DNA of 64,000 nucleotides, taken from Phycisphaeraceae bacterium. GTDB lineage: Bacteria > Planctomycetota > Phycisphaerae > Phycisphaerales > Phycisphaeraceae. Under the pieces are notes generated by a model that ran no database searches, was not told the origin of the DNA, and saw only the letters and a program-made list of their open reading frames with translations. The DNA lies in contig OY771506.1 of NCBI GenBank assembly GCA_963674705.1, forward strand, positions 1,248,001 to 1,312,000. Direction: 5' to 3'. The translations under genes were made by a program, and so were the position numbers. Positions within the stretch are counted from its first letter, which is position 1. Each line of letters starts with the position of its first letter. This document shows, piece by piece, positions 1 to 10,010 of this stretch.

Positions 1-413
1 CTGAATCCGTACTTTTCGTGCATCCGGATGCTGGCCGTATTCTGTGAATCGATCACCCCGATCAGCGTGTGAAACTGCTGCGCCTTCGCCCGGATCACGA
101 GTTCTTCCAGCAGTCGCTTGCCCAGCCCCTGCCTGCGAAAGCCTTCCGCGACATAGATCGAATGCTCGATCGTGTACTTGTATGCCGGGAACGGGCGGAA
201 TCGGCCGTAGCTGCCGAACCCCATCAGTTCCCCCTCATCCGTGATAAGCCCGATGACGGGAAAGCCGTCCCGCTGCTTGCCCGCGAACCACTCGCCGATC
301 ATCTCGGGCGTCCGGGGTTTGTAGTCATAGACAGCCGTGGATTTTACGATCGCGTCATTGAAAATAGCACGGATCGCTTCACAATATTCGGGGCCGCAAT
401 CGATCAACTTCAT
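1..413 (-). CDS. GNAT N-acetyltransferase, phosphinothricin/methionine-sulfoximine acetyltransferase (YncA/Pat)-like; 3' end runs off the window
   Basis: Not in the ORF track. Manual translation from ATG at 413 gives MKLIDCGPEYCEAIRAIFNDAIVKSTAVYDY...GFGSYGRFRPFPAYKYTIEHSIYVAEGFRRQGLGKRLL...NTASIRMHEKYGF, with the acetyl-CoA motif RxxGxG and typical Pat motifs. Confidence 0.88.
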   Translation of the reverse strand, partial: MKLIDCGPEYCEAIRAIFNDAIVKSTAVYDYKPRTPEMIGEWFAGKQRDGFPVIGLITDEGELMGFGSYGRFRPFPAYKYTIEHSIYVAEGFRRQGLGKRLLEELVIRAKAQQFHTLIGVIDSQNTASIRMHEKYGF

Positions 414-569
414 CGCCCGAGCATACCGCCGTCCACGCCCCGAGCCAAGCCCCCGAATTGAACGGGGAATGAAACGAACCTGCTGTAAATCAGGCGTTAC
501 ATCATTGAAAAATACTCAAGCTAGAATGTCCGGGTTATCCCCAGATGACTGTTCAGAGGATGGCTGAAT

Positions 570-2507
570 ATGATGAATGTTCGTACAGAGAGGCTCACGG
601 ATTCAGCGGGCCAGGATTACGCCTACCGACCCGTGCCGTTCACATCCGTCGATATCAACGACGCGTTCTGGCGGCCGCGCCTCGAAACCAACCGCAAGGC
701 CACCATCCCCTTTGCTTTCAAACACTGCGAAACCACCGGCCGGATCGATAACTTCCGCATCGCCGCCGGCGAAGTCAAAGGCGAGTGGAAAGGGATTTAC
801 GGCTTCGACGATACCGATGTCACCAAGATCATCGAAGGCGCTTCCTACAGCCTGCACGTTCAGCCCGACCCCAGGCTCGACGCCTACCTCGATAAGATCA
901 TCAGCTACATCGCCGCCGCGCAGGAACCCGACGGCTACCTCTACACGCTCTACACCGCACGCGATACGTCCGACCGCTTCGGCACAATTGTCTGCGGGCC
1001 CAAGCAAGATCGCTGGGATAATCTCGAATGGTCGCACGAGTTCTACAACGCGGGCCACATGTTCGAAGCAGGCGTCGCACACTACCTCGCCACCGGAAAA
1101 CGCAGCTTGCTTGATGTCTGCATCAAGAACGCCGATCTCATCTACGACACCTTTGCCGATGATGACAAGATCGACATACCCGGCCACCAGGAAATCGAAC
1201 TCGGGCTCATCAAGCTCTACCGCGTCACCGGTGATGCAAAGTATCTCGAGCTGACGAAGAAGCTGCTCGATCGCCGCGGCCGCAACGCCGACAAACGCAA
1301 ACTCTTCGGGGAATACGCACAAGACCATGTACCCGTCACCGAGCAATCCGAAGCCGTGGGCCATGCCGTGCGCGCCAACTATATGTACGCATCCATGGCC
1401 GACATCGCCGCGCTTACCGGCAACGCCGATTACTTAAGCGCTATCGACCGCATCTGGGAAAACGTCGCCGCGCACAAGCTCTACCTCACCGGAGGCACCG
1501 GCGCACTTCATCAGGGCGAGGCCTACGGCAAGAACGACGAGCTGCCCAACCTCACCGCCTACGCCGAAACCTGCGCCGCCATCGCCAACGTCTACTGGAA
1601 CCACCGCATGTTCTGCCTGCACGGCGACGCGAAGTACATCGACGTCATGGAACGCTCCTTGTACAACGGCGTCATCAGCGGCGTCGCGCTCGATGGCAAA
1701 TCCTTCTTCTACCCCAACCCGCTGGCAAGCAAAGGTGAAGAAGAACGCAGCCCGTGGTTCGGCTGCGCCTGCTGCCCGAGCAACATGACGCGCTTCATCG
1801 CTTCCGTCGGCGGGTACATGTACGCCGTGCGCGACAACACGATTTATGTAAACCTCTTCGCACAAGGCGATGCGGCTGTCAACGTTGCCGATCAAACCAT
1901 CAAAATCGAGCAGCAGACCAACTACCCGTGGGACGGCAAGGTCACGATCACTGTAACCCCCGAACGCGCAGGCGAAACTTTCACGATCCGCCTGCGCATC
2001 CCCGGCTGGGCTCGCAATGAAGTCGTCGCAAGCGATCTCTATCAGTTCGCCGATGAATGCAGCGAAACACCAACCGTCAAAGTCAACGATGAACCGATCA
2101 CGATCAATGGCAAACTAGAAAACGGTTACCTTGCTATCGAACGCAATTGGCAAGTCGGCGACACGATCACGCTCGACCTGCCGATGCCGGCCCGCCGCGT
2201 ACTGACGCACGAACGTGTCCAAGCCAACCGCGGCCGCGCCGCGCTGCAACGTGGCCCACTTGTCTATTGCGTTGAACACCCGGACGTCCCGGAAGGTAAA
2301 GTCCTCAACCTCGTCCTGCCCGACGATGCAAAACTCGGCACCCGTTTCCAAGACGACCTGCTCGGTGGCGTTCAGATAATCACCACGACTGCTGAAGACC
2401 AGCCCCCCATCACCGCCATCCCCTACTACGCCTGGGCCCACCGCGGCAAGGGCGAAATGACCGTCTGGATCCCCCGCTCAAAACAAGCCATCGAACCACT
2501 GCTCTGA
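570..2507 (+). CDS. Glycoside hydrolase family 127 (beta-L-arabinofuranosidase-like, DUF1680)
   Basis: 645 aa with HEFYNAGH, GHQEIE, GHAVRA, YAETCA and WFGCACCPSN (Zn/Cys catalytic site) motifs. Confidence 0.92.
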   Translation: MMNVRTERLTDSAGQDYAYRPVPFTSVDINDAFWRPRLETNRKATIPFAFKHCETTGRIDNFRIAAGEVKGEWKGIYGFDDTDVTKIIEGASYSLHVQPDPRLDAYLDKIISYIAAAQEPDGYLYTLYTARDTSDRFGTIVCGPKQDRWDNLEWSHEFYNAGHMFEAGVAHYLATGKRSLLDVCIKNADLIYDTFADDDKIDIPGHQEIELGLIKLYRVTGDAKYLELTKKLLDRRGRNADKRKLFGEYAQDHVPVTEQSEAVGHAVRANYMYASMADIAALTGNADYLSAIDRIWENVAAHKLYLTGGTGALHQGEAYGKNDELPNLTAYAETCAAIANVYWNHRMFCLHGDAKYIDVMERSLYNGVISGVALDGKSFFYPNPLASKGEEERSPWFGCACCPSNMTRFIASVGGYMYAVRDNTIYVNLFAQGDAAVNVADQTIKIEQQTNYPWDGKVTITVTPERAGETFTIRLRIPGWARNEVVASDLYQFADECSETPTVKVNDEPITINGKLENGYLAIERNWQVGDTITLDLPMPARRVLTHERVQANRGRAALQRGPLVYCVEHPDVPEGKVLNLVLPDDAKLGTRFQDDLLGGVQIITTTAEDQPPITAIPYYAWAHRGKGEMTVWIPRSKQAIEPLL

Positions 2508-2641
2508 CCCAAAACCGTACGAATAACTCTCTTCTTTCATAACTGCAGTGCGACGCACTGCAGGCAGTACACTCTGCACGTCCCCGATAAAGCCCCGCCC
2601 ATAAAAGTTGGTTTCTCCGCCCCCCTTGCTAAGCTAAAGAG

Positions 2642-4405
2642 ATGTCACAGACCAACGCCAAGCTCTCGCGCATCTTCCAGCAGATGGCGGACGTCCTCGA
2701 AGTCCTCGGGGCCAACCGTTTCAAGGTCATCGCTTTCCAGAAAGCCGCCCGCGTCTTAGGCGAACTCACCGACGACGTCGCGTCCATGGAAAGTAAAGAC
2801 CTGCGCGCTGTCGAAGGCATCGGCAAAGGCATGGCCGACCGCATCGAGGAATTCGTCGAGACCGGCGGCCTGCCCGAAGCCATCGAACTGTTCGATCAAG
2901 TCCCGCCCGGCGTTATCGAGATGCTAGACATCCCGGGCCTCGGCCCAAAGACCGTCTCCATCCTCTGGAAACAGGCGGGCCTCGAAGATATCCCTTCACT
3001 GACCAAAGCCCTCGACACCGGCGAACTCGAAGACCTCAAAGGTTTCGGCAAGAAGAAAATCGAGAACATCAAGAAGAACCTCGCCTTCGCCCAGCAGGCC
3101 GGCAAGCGCGCGAAGATCGGCCAGGCTATGCCGCTCGCCCTCTGGTTCGTCCAAGAGCTTGGCAAACTCAAACAAGTCAAACGCATCAACTACGCAGGCA
3201 GCCTCCGCCGCGGCAAGGAAACCATCGGCGACCTCGACCTGCTCGTCGAAGCCAAGCCCGCCGACGTCCCCGCCATCATGGACGCCTTCGTCAAACTTAA
3301 TGTCGTCGCGGATGTGATCGCCAAAGGCGAAACGAAAAGCTCGGTCCGCACTAATGAACAATCCGGCCAGATACAAGTCGATCTGCGTGTCGTCCCCGCC
3401 GAAAGCTACGGCGCTGCACTCATGTACTTCACCGGCAGCAAGGAACACAACGTCAAGATGCGCGAACGCGCCATCTCGATGGGCATGAAGCTAAACGAGT
3501 GGGGCCTGACCAAACAGGATGCCGACAAATCCCTTGCCGGCAAGGCCGAAGAAGACGTCTTCAAGAAACTCAAACTCGCATGGGTCCCCCCCGAGCTGCG
3601 CGAAGACCGCGGCGAAATAGCATTGGCTGAATCCTCCTACAAAGCCGGCGATGCCATCGCCGGTCCCCCGCTCGTCGAACTTGCCGACATCCGCGCCGAC
3701 CTGCACATGCACACCACCGCCAGCGACGGCACGTGGACGATTGAAGAACTCGCCCTCGCCGCCGCCGAGCGCGGCCACCACACCGTAGCCATCACCGACC
3801 ACTCAAAAGGACAGGTCCAGGCCAACGGCCTAAGCGACGCACGACTTGAAAAACACATCGTCAACATCCGCAAGGTCGCCGACAAACTCAAGGACAAGAT
3901 CACCATCCTCGCGGGCAGCGAAGTCGACATCCACGCCGACGGCACGCTCGACTACCCCGACAGCCTGCTCAAAGAACTCGACGTCGTCGTCGCCTCGCCC
4001 CACGCCGCGCTCAGCCAGGACCCCGCCAAGTGCACCAAGCGCTTCCTTAAGGCGATGGAAAATCCTTACATCACCATCATGGGCCACCCGACCGGCCGAC
4101 TCATCGGCAGACGCGAAGGCCTCAGCCCCGACATGAGCGAACTCTTCAAAGCCGCCGCCCAGCGCGACATCGCCATGGAAATCAACGCCAACCACTGGCG
4201 CCTCGACCTCCGTGACACCCACGCCCGCGCAGCCATCGCCGCCGGCGTCAAACTCTCCATCAACACCGACGCCCACGGCCCAGCCGACCTCAACCAACTC
4301 CAATACGGCATCCTCACCGCCCGCCGCGCCGGCGCAACAAAGAAAAACATCATCAACTGCATGACCAAAGCAGCGCTGGCGAAGTGGATCAAATCCCGCC
4401 GGTGA
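2642..4405 (+). CDS. polX: DNA polymerase X / PHP 3'-5' exonuclease
   Basis: HhH motifs (GIGKG, GLGPK), GSLRRGKETIGDLD, YFTGSKEHN, and a C-terminal PHP domain (DLHMHTTASDG, TDHS, NTDAH). Confidence 0.95.
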   Translation: MSQTNAKLSRIFQQMADVLEVLGANRFKVIAFQKAARVLGELTDDVASMESKDLRAVEGIGKGMADRIEEFVETGGLPEAIELFDQVPPGVIEMLDIPGLGPKTVSILWKQAGLEDIPSLTKALDTGELEDLKGFGKKKIENIKKNLAFAQQAGKRAKIGQAMPLALWFVQELGKLKQVKRINYAGSLRRGKETIGDLDLLVEAKPADVPAIMDAFVKLNVVADVIAKGETKSSVRTNEQSGQIQVDLRVVPAESYGAALMYFTGSKEHNVKMRERAISMGMKLNEWGLTKQDADKSLAGKAEEDVFKKLKLAWVPPELREDRGEIALAESSYKAGDAIAGPPLVELADIRADLHMHTTASDGTWTIEELALAAAERGHHTVAITDHSKGQVQANGLSDARLEKHIVNIRKVADKLKDKITILAGSEVDIHADGTLDYPDSLLKELDVVVASPHAALSQDPAKCTKRFLKAMENPYITIMGHPTGRLIGRREGLSPDMSELFKAAAQRDIAMEINANHWRLDLRDTHARAAIAAGVKLSINTDAHGPADLNQLQYGILTARRAGATKKNIINCMTKAALAKWIKSRR

Positions 4406-4420
4406 TGAACAAAGAAGTGG

Positions 4421-5278
4421 AACAGGGATGGACACGGATAAACACGGATGAAGAGGTGAAAACTAAAACTAGCTATTAAGTAGTTTGTCAATAAGTAGTG
4501 ATGCACCCCGTTTGTCAATGTTGTTCAGCCTACGTGGTGTAGCACCAAGATCTAGTAATAAATAAATTTGTCGATCTGTCGCTGTATATACAATATTCTT
4601 CGCAATTGCCTCCCATTTAAGTTTACGCTCAATTCTTTGGCGTTCAATATGTTCGGATCGCATTTTCTGCACGCGCAACGATTCTTCTGTTTCGCTGTAC
4701 CAATCTGTATTCCAGATTGTTGAGGCGTCAGCATGAGTATGGTGACGACATCTACCCGAAACGCTTTTGGTCATATTTGCACAACGCACTTGACCATTAT
4801 TGAAACCGATACACTGTATGGAATCTTTTAGCTTCCCGTATTTGTCTTGCGGGCCATTCAATCTCTGCCATACTACGAAGCAAATACCAACCGCCCCAAA
4901 GCGATTCGATTTCAATAGAATTTGAGCTGATCGTGTTTGGAGAAAAAAGTCCATGAAACTCTCAACCTCTTCGGGGCTGACAGATGGAGGCCGATCATAA
5001 AGATATGAAAATATATCGTCCGTACGATCTAGTCCAACAGCGGCTGACACAGTATCAAATGTAGATTGATAAACTACGACGGGGTAACCATGTACTGAAA
5101 ATTCTATAGGCACTACATCTAATAGTGCATGTGTGCCAGCATGCTTCTGCTTTCTCCATGGAAGGCGAGATAAAAACGCTTTGAACCCATGCATTTAGGA
5201 TTATCCCAAGAAACACGGATATGGATAAATTCTGTATTTCCTATGATTCATCCGTGTTCATCTGTGTTCATCCCTGTT
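4421..5278. repeat. 32-bp inverted repeat pair of the periodic (AACACRGATG)n family, enclosing a low-GC gene
   Basis: 4421-4452 AACAGGGATGGACACGGATAAACACGGATGAA matches the reverse complement of 5247-5278 at 29/32 positions. Confidence 0.85.
4469..5194 (-). CDS. Hypothetical low-GC protein with a putative CCCH-type Zn finger and a C-terminal ATxxQ...ASxLID motif
   Basis: 241-aa ORF in an AT-rich patch; contains QCIGFNNGQVRCANMTKSVSGRCRHH and ATDRQIYLLLDLG...RGASLLIDKLL. Confidence 0.6.
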   Translation of the reverse strand: MHGFKAFLSRLPWRKQKHAGTHALLDVVPIEFSVHGYPVVVYQSTFDTVSAAVGLDRTDDIFSYLYDRPPSVSPEEVESFMDFFLQTRSAQILLKSNRFGAVGICFVVWQRLNGPQDKYGKLKDSIQCIGFNNGQVRCANMTKSVSGRCRHHTHADASTIWNTDWYSETEESLRVQKMRSEHIERQRIERKLKWEAIAKNIVYTATDRQIYLLLDLGATPRRLNNIDKRGASLLIDKLLNS

Positions 5279-5287
5279 ACATACGAT

Positions 5288-6055
5288 TCACGCCCCCAAC
5301 TCAATCCGTTTCCGTATCGCCCGAAACAGCGCCGTCTGGTCGCGGGTCGGTTCCAGTTCCACGCCGTTGATCGTGATTTTCACCTGGATCGCGCGAGCGA
5401 GTCTGCGGAACAGGTCCGGGTCGAGGTCGAACGTCAGGCTTTCGTCGTCCTTGCGCATCGTGTGTTTATTTGCTACACGTGCCGTACGGGCGACAGCCTT
5501 GTACTCGGCGATCGGGACTTCGACTTTTTCACCATCGATATCGAAGGTGGCGGTTTTCGCGTTGCGGTAGACCCCGCCGGAGAAACGCGATTGGATGAAG
5601 AGCTTGATGACTTCGGGCTTTTCCTGCATCTGCTTGCCGTCAAACATATACGCCAGCGAGAACTGATGATCCGCCCCGCTGCCCTTGGCGACATGCAATA
5701 ACTCCGTGCCGCTCCGCACAACTGTTTTGCCTGTCGATTCATCGTACTTGCTGGTAAACCGCGACGCCGCAACCTCGACGCGATCGCCGCTTGGCGTCAG
5801 CCCCGCCAACTCCGTCAGCTCTTTCTTCTCAACCTCCAAATCTTCCTTGGTAACCTGCAGCTTCGCCAACTCCGCTTGCAGTTTCGCCATCTCCGCTTCG
5901 AGCTTTTCGTAATCCGACTTCACCCGCTCAAGCTCCGCGCGCAGCTCCGCGTTCTGTTTTTGTAACGCCGCCACATCGTCTGTTGTTTGTGCAAAGCTAG
6001 CCGATGCAAACAGCAGAACAATCAGGCAGCAGGAAAAAGTCAGTAGGTATCTCAT
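5288..6055 (-). CDS. Exported coiled-coil hypothetical protein
   Basis: Sec signal peptide (ASFA-Q), heptad coiled coil over about aa 28-85, then a globular domain. Confidence 0.75.
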   Translation of the reverse strand: MRYLLTFSCCLIVLLFASASFAQTTDDVAALQKQNAELRAELERVKSDYEKLEAEMAKLQAELAKLQVTKEDLEVEKKELTELAGLTPSGDRVEVAASRFTSKYDESTGKTVVRSGTELLHVAKGSGADHQFSLAYMFDGKQMQEKPEVIKLFIQSRFSGGVYRNAKTATFDIDGEKVEVPIAEYKAVARTARVANKHTMRKDDESLTFDLDPDLFRRLARAIQVKITINGVELEPTRDQTALFRAIRKRIELGA

Positions 6056-6130
6056 GGCAGGTCCGTGGTTGGTGGTTGATCTTAAGTGTTTGTTGTTTGA
6101 TGATTGGTCTTTGATGGTTAGTTGAAGAGG

Positions 6131-6165
6131 CCCGCCCCTTCGCTTCGCTCAGGACCGGCGTTGGG
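6131..6165. repeat. CTTCGCTTCGCTCAG-family dispersed repeat, copy 1 of 4
   Basis: CCCGCCCCTTCGCTTCGCTCAGGACCGGCGTTGGG; other copies at 18861-18895 (reverse), 38415-38450 and 39367-39405. Confidence 0.85.
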
Positions 6166-6256
6166 CTGCGCATCAGCGCTTCACCCTTTTTCACTTCAAC
6201 ATCCTATCCATCAACAATTCCAAATCATACATCCTCAATCATAAATCATAAATCCG

Positions 6257-6694
6257 TCACCCGTCCGGTTTCGCCTTGCCGATATCCGCTAATCCCAACG
6301 GGTCCTCCGGCACGGCAAACATACTCCGCTTCACCTTCGCCCCCTTCTGCATCACCACGTTCGGCGCGGTCAGGTCGCCGTGATAATCACACTTCGGCCC
6401 GAGCGTGACCGTCCCGCCGGAGAGCACGTGCTTAGCGTCGATGATCCCCTGGCAGTCGATCCCGCCGTGCGCCTCGATCGTTTCGACGATGAGTCGGCCA
6501 CGCTTTGCGACGGTGATCTTGCCGCAGGTCCTAAGCTCCTTGAGCGGGCCACGCAGCTTGGTGATGTGTTCGTCCCCGACCATCAGGGCCTTGTTGCAGC
6601 CCGGGCAGGATGTGGACTGGGCGCGACCGCTGACCTCGAAGCGATGTCCGCAGTGGTAACACTGAACCAGGCGTGGGCCTTGGTGTCGCGCCAT
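6257..6694 (-). CDS. Bactofilin-like (polymer-forming cytoskeletal) protein with an N-terminal Zn ribbon
   Basis: CYHC...CPGC followed by beta-helix repeats (TCGKITVAKRGRL, GTVTLGPKCDYHGDLTAPNVVMQKGAKV). Confidence 0.75.
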   Translation of the reverse strand: MARHQGPRLVQCYHCGHRFEVSGRAQSTSCPGCNKALMVGDEHITKLRGPLKELRTCGKITVAKRGRLIVETIEAHGGIDCQGIIDAKHVLSGGTVTLGPKCDYHGDLTAPNVVMQKGAKVKRSMFAVPEDPLGLADIGKAKPDG

Positions 6695-6802
6695 GAGTAA
6701 AACCGCGAGTGGATCTCGGGTGGTGAAGGTACGCAGTACCTAAGCGCGCAGCGGCGCGCCGTCGATCGACGGCCGATCGCACTTAGCCATTACGCATGAC
6801 GC

Positions 6803-7219
6803 TTACTTCTTGGGAGGCTGACCGCCCGGCTGCGGTTGTCCGCCTTGTGGCTGGCCGCCACCGCTCGGCGCCGCTGAACTGGGCCTGCCCGAATCCGGAC
6901 CGACGGCACACATGCCGTGGAAACTTGCCCCCTCGCTCATCACCATCTTCGCCGCGGTGATGTCGCCGCGCACGACGCCCGAGCCGTTGAGCTTGACGGT
7001 GTCCTTGGCGTTGAGGTTGCCCTCGACCAGCCCGTCGACCTGCACGCCCGCGGCGTCCACATCGGCTTTGCACTGCGCGTTCTGGCTGACCTGAAGCTCA
7101 CCCTTGCCCGTGATCTTCCCGTCGAACTTCCCGTTGATCCTGGCGGTCCGCTCGAATGTGAGCTCGCCCTTGAAGTGGCTGTCCGAGCCTACGATGGTGG
7201 TGTCGCCTGTTTCGGCCAT
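6803..7219 (-). CDS. Bactofilin (CcmA-like polymer-forming cytoskeletal protein)
   Basis: TTIVGSDSHFKGEL...VDGLVEGNL...VVRGDITAAKMVMSEGASFHGMC; AGGAG RBS upstream. Confidence 0.92.
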   Translation of the reverse strand: MAETGDTTIVGSDSHFKGELTFERTARINGKFDGKITGKGELQVSQNAQCKADVDAAGVQVDGLVEGNLNAKDTVKLNGSGVVRGDITAAKMVMSEGASFHGMCAVGPDSGRPSSAAPSGGGQPQGGQPQPGGQPPKK

Positions 7220-7512
7220 GTCTAACTCCTTGACTATAAGGGTGAAAAATACAACTAACGCAGCCGCCCACCGCGGCCACAGTGTTAACTAAGTGTAAGT
7301 CAGGTCAGGTCCTTTGGGTAGGTGCGCTAAACTGGCCCGATCAAACCCCGGCAGGGCTGTTTTCAGGCCGCCCCTCTTTCGCGGGCCCCGGGCAATCGAG
7401 ATTGAAATTAACTCGCAATACCAAAGCACTTACGGCGATTGCAGAATGCTTTTACATAAACTTCCCTCTAATATGTTGCTTCACAGGATGATTTGAACCC
7501 GAAAGGCGATCA

Positions 7513-9978
7513 ATGCCCCCCCAAGCCCTGCGTCTACCAATCACACTGCCCGAAGACCCTCGCCAACGCTCGCTCTACGCGGGCTGCCTGCAGGATCGGC
7601 TCGCCGGCCAGCGCGGCGTCCAGTCCGTCCGCCTCGTCGAAGATGAGGGCTCGGATGGCAAAACCCGCAGCGGATACATCGAACTCGACTACGACCCCCA
7701 CATCGTCAGCCTCACCCAGATCAACGGCTATCTCCGCACGGCCGACAGTTGCCTCAGCGAATCCGTCGGCCACGTCGTGATGCCCGTCGAACGCATCGTC
7801 TCGGCGCGGCACGAAAAAACCATCGAAGCCAAACTCAACCGCTTGCCCGGCGTCCGGTGCAGCGCTTCCTACACCTCGCAAACCCTGCGGATCGAATTCG
7901 ACCGCCAGCAGTGCGCCCTGCCGCAGATCGTGTTCGTGCTCGAACAGGAAGGCGTCCGCGTCCTGCCCACACGAACGCCCGGCAGCCTCAGCGTCGATCA
8001 GGATGTTAAGCAGACTGGCCCGACCGCTTCCGCTTTCCAGCCACAACAGCACGGCTGGTTCCGCTCGGCACTGCGAGAAAAAGACATCGTGCTCGCGGTG
8101 TTGGCCGGACTCTTCCTGCTGGGCGGTTTCCTCGTCCACATCACCGGCGGACCGCAGGAAATCCGCATCGCGCTGTTGCTCGTCAGTTATGTCTGTGGCG
8201 GCTTCTACCCCGCACAGGACATGATCGAAACCCTCGCCGACTTCAAACTCGATATCGACCTGCTTATGTTCGCCGCTGCTTTCGGTGCTGCGGCGCTCGG
8301 GCACTTTGAAGAAGGCGCGATGCTGTTGTTCCTGTTCAGTCTCGGTGGCGCGGGTGAAAGGCTTGCGATCAGCCGGGCGCGCGGCGCGATCAAAGCCTTG
8401 GCAGACCTCACACCACAGACCGCCATGCTCGTTCAACCTGACGGTAAGCCGCGCGAAGTCCCCGTCGAAGAATTGCGCATCGGTGACCGCGTTCTGGTTG
8501 CACCCGGTCAACGTCTGCCCGCCGACGGCAAAATCATCACGGGCGATTCCGCCATCGATCAATCTCCCATCACAGGTGAATCCGTCCCTGTCGATAAACT
8601 GCCCGGCGACAGCGTCTTTGCCGGCACGATCAACGGCGACGGCACACTCACCGTCGAAGTCGGCAAACTCGCATCCGACAACACGCTCGCCAAAGTCGTA
8701 CGCATGGTCGAAGAAGCGCAAACCACCAAGAGCCCGACACAGTTGTTTACCGACCGCGTCGAGAAGTGGTATGTCCCGCTGGTCGTGATCGCGACGGTGA
8801 TGCTGATTGTTATTCCGCCGTTAGCCGGCCTGCAACCGAGGCGCGAACACACCAGCGACTGGGCGGGCTGGTTCTACCAGGCGATGGCGTTCCTCACCGC
8901 CGCGTCTCCCTGTGCATTAGCGATCGGCACCCCGGCCGCGGTCCTCAGCGGGATCGCACGTGCGGCGCGCGAAGGCATGCTCGTTAAAGGCGGCGCACAC
9001 CTGGAAAACCTCGGCCGCGTTCGCGCGATCGCTTTCGACAAAACAGGCACACTCACCTTCGGCCGGCCCGAAGTGACGGATATCGTCCCGCTTGCAGATA
9101 ACGTTGATGAACAGCGACTGCTTTTCCTCGCCGCATCGGTCGAAGCCGGCAGCCGGCACCCGATCGCAGAAGCGATCGTGAACGCTGCTGACAACCGCTC
9201 GATCCCGCACACCATGGCGGACGACATCGACCAGACGCCCGGCATCGGCATCAGCGGCGTCGTCGATGCAGCGACCATCACCGTCGGCCGCCCCGCTTCG
9301 TTCGCCAATCCCCTGCAAGGCGTCGAACCCATGCAGCAGCGCGCGATCGATTTGGAAGATGCTGGCCGAACCGTCGTCGCGATCGCCGATGACAAACAAA
9401 TCCTCGGCATCATCGGGCTTGCAGATAAGGCCAGGCCCGAAGCGCGCGAAATGATCGCTAAACTCAAAGACTACGGCGTCAACCACACCATCATGCTCAC
9501 CGGCGACAACCAACGCACCGCCGCCGCCATCGCCAAAAACGTCGGCATCGATGAATACCTCGCAGACCTCATGCCCGAAGACAAGGTCGGGAAGGTCCGT
9601 GAACTGGACGCACGCTACACACGCGTCGCCATGGTCGGTGACGGCGTCAACGATGCACCCGCCATGGCAAATGCAACCGTCGGCATCGCGATCGGCGGCG
9701 CCGCCGGCTCCGCAAGTGATGTGGCGCTGGAAACCGCTGACATCGTCCTGCTCGCTGACAACCTCGGCAAACTCCCTGCCGCCATGAGTGTCTCGCGCTT
9801 CGCACGCAGGATCATCATCCAGAACCTGGTCATCGCGCTGGGCGTGATTATCGTCCTCGCACCGATCGCCGCGCTCGGCGGCACACCGATATCCCTGGCC
9901 GTCCTCTTCCACGAGGGATCCACCGTCCTGGTCGTCATCAACTCCCTGCGCATCCTCACACATAAAACCGATGGCTGA
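7513..9978 (+). CDS. Heavy-metal P1B-type ATPase, P1B-4 subtype (Co/Fe/Zn/Cd)
   Basis: TGES, SPC in the transmembrane metal site (AASPCAL), DKTGTLT, HP, GDGVNDAP and HEGST motifs. Confidence 0.93.
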   Translation: MPPQALRLPITLPEDPRQRSLYAGCLQDRLAGQRGVQSVRLVEDEGSDGKTRSGYIELDYDPHIVSLTQINGYLRTADSCLSESVGHVVMPVERIVSARHEKTIEAKLNRLPGVRCSASYTSQTLRIEFDRQQCALPQIVFVLEQEGVRVLPTRTPGSLSVDQDVKQTGPTASAFQPQQHGWFRSALREKDIVLAVLAGLFLLGGFLVHITGGPQEIRIALLLVSYVCGGFYPAQDMIETLADFKLDIDLLMFAAAFGAAALGHFEEGAMLLFLFSLGGAGERLAISRARGAIKALADLTPQTAMLVQPDGKPREVPVEELRIGDRVLVAPGQRLPADGKIITGDSAIDQSPITGESVPVDKLPGDSVFAGTINGDGTLTVEVGKLASDNTLAKVVRMVEEAQTTKSPTQLFTDRVEKWYVPLVVIATVMLIVIPPLAGLQPRREHTSDWAGWFYQAMAFLTAASPCALAIGTPAAVLSGIARAAREGMLVKGGAHLENLGRVRAIAFDKTGTLTFGRPEVTDIVPLADNVDEQRLLFLAASVEAGSRHPIAEAIVNAADNRSIPHTMADDIDQTPGIGISGVVDAATITVGRPASFANPLQGVEPMQQRAIDLEDAGRTVVAIADDKQILGIIGLADKARPEAREMIAKLKDYGVNHTIMLTGDNQRTAAAIAKNVGIDEYLADLMPEDKVGKVRELDARYTRVAMVGDGVNDAPAMANATVGIAIGGAAGSASDVALETADIVLLADNLGKLPAAMSVSRFARRIIIQNLVIALGVIIVLAPIAALGGTPISLAVLFHEGSTVLVVINSLRILTHKTDG

Positions 9979-10010
9979 ATAGAACGGATCAACGACATGC
10001 GTAACACGAT

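Noticed and set aside
69..461. 130-aa plus-strand ORF
   Set aside because: Antisense shadow of the minus-strand GNAT gene, which has recognisable motifs.
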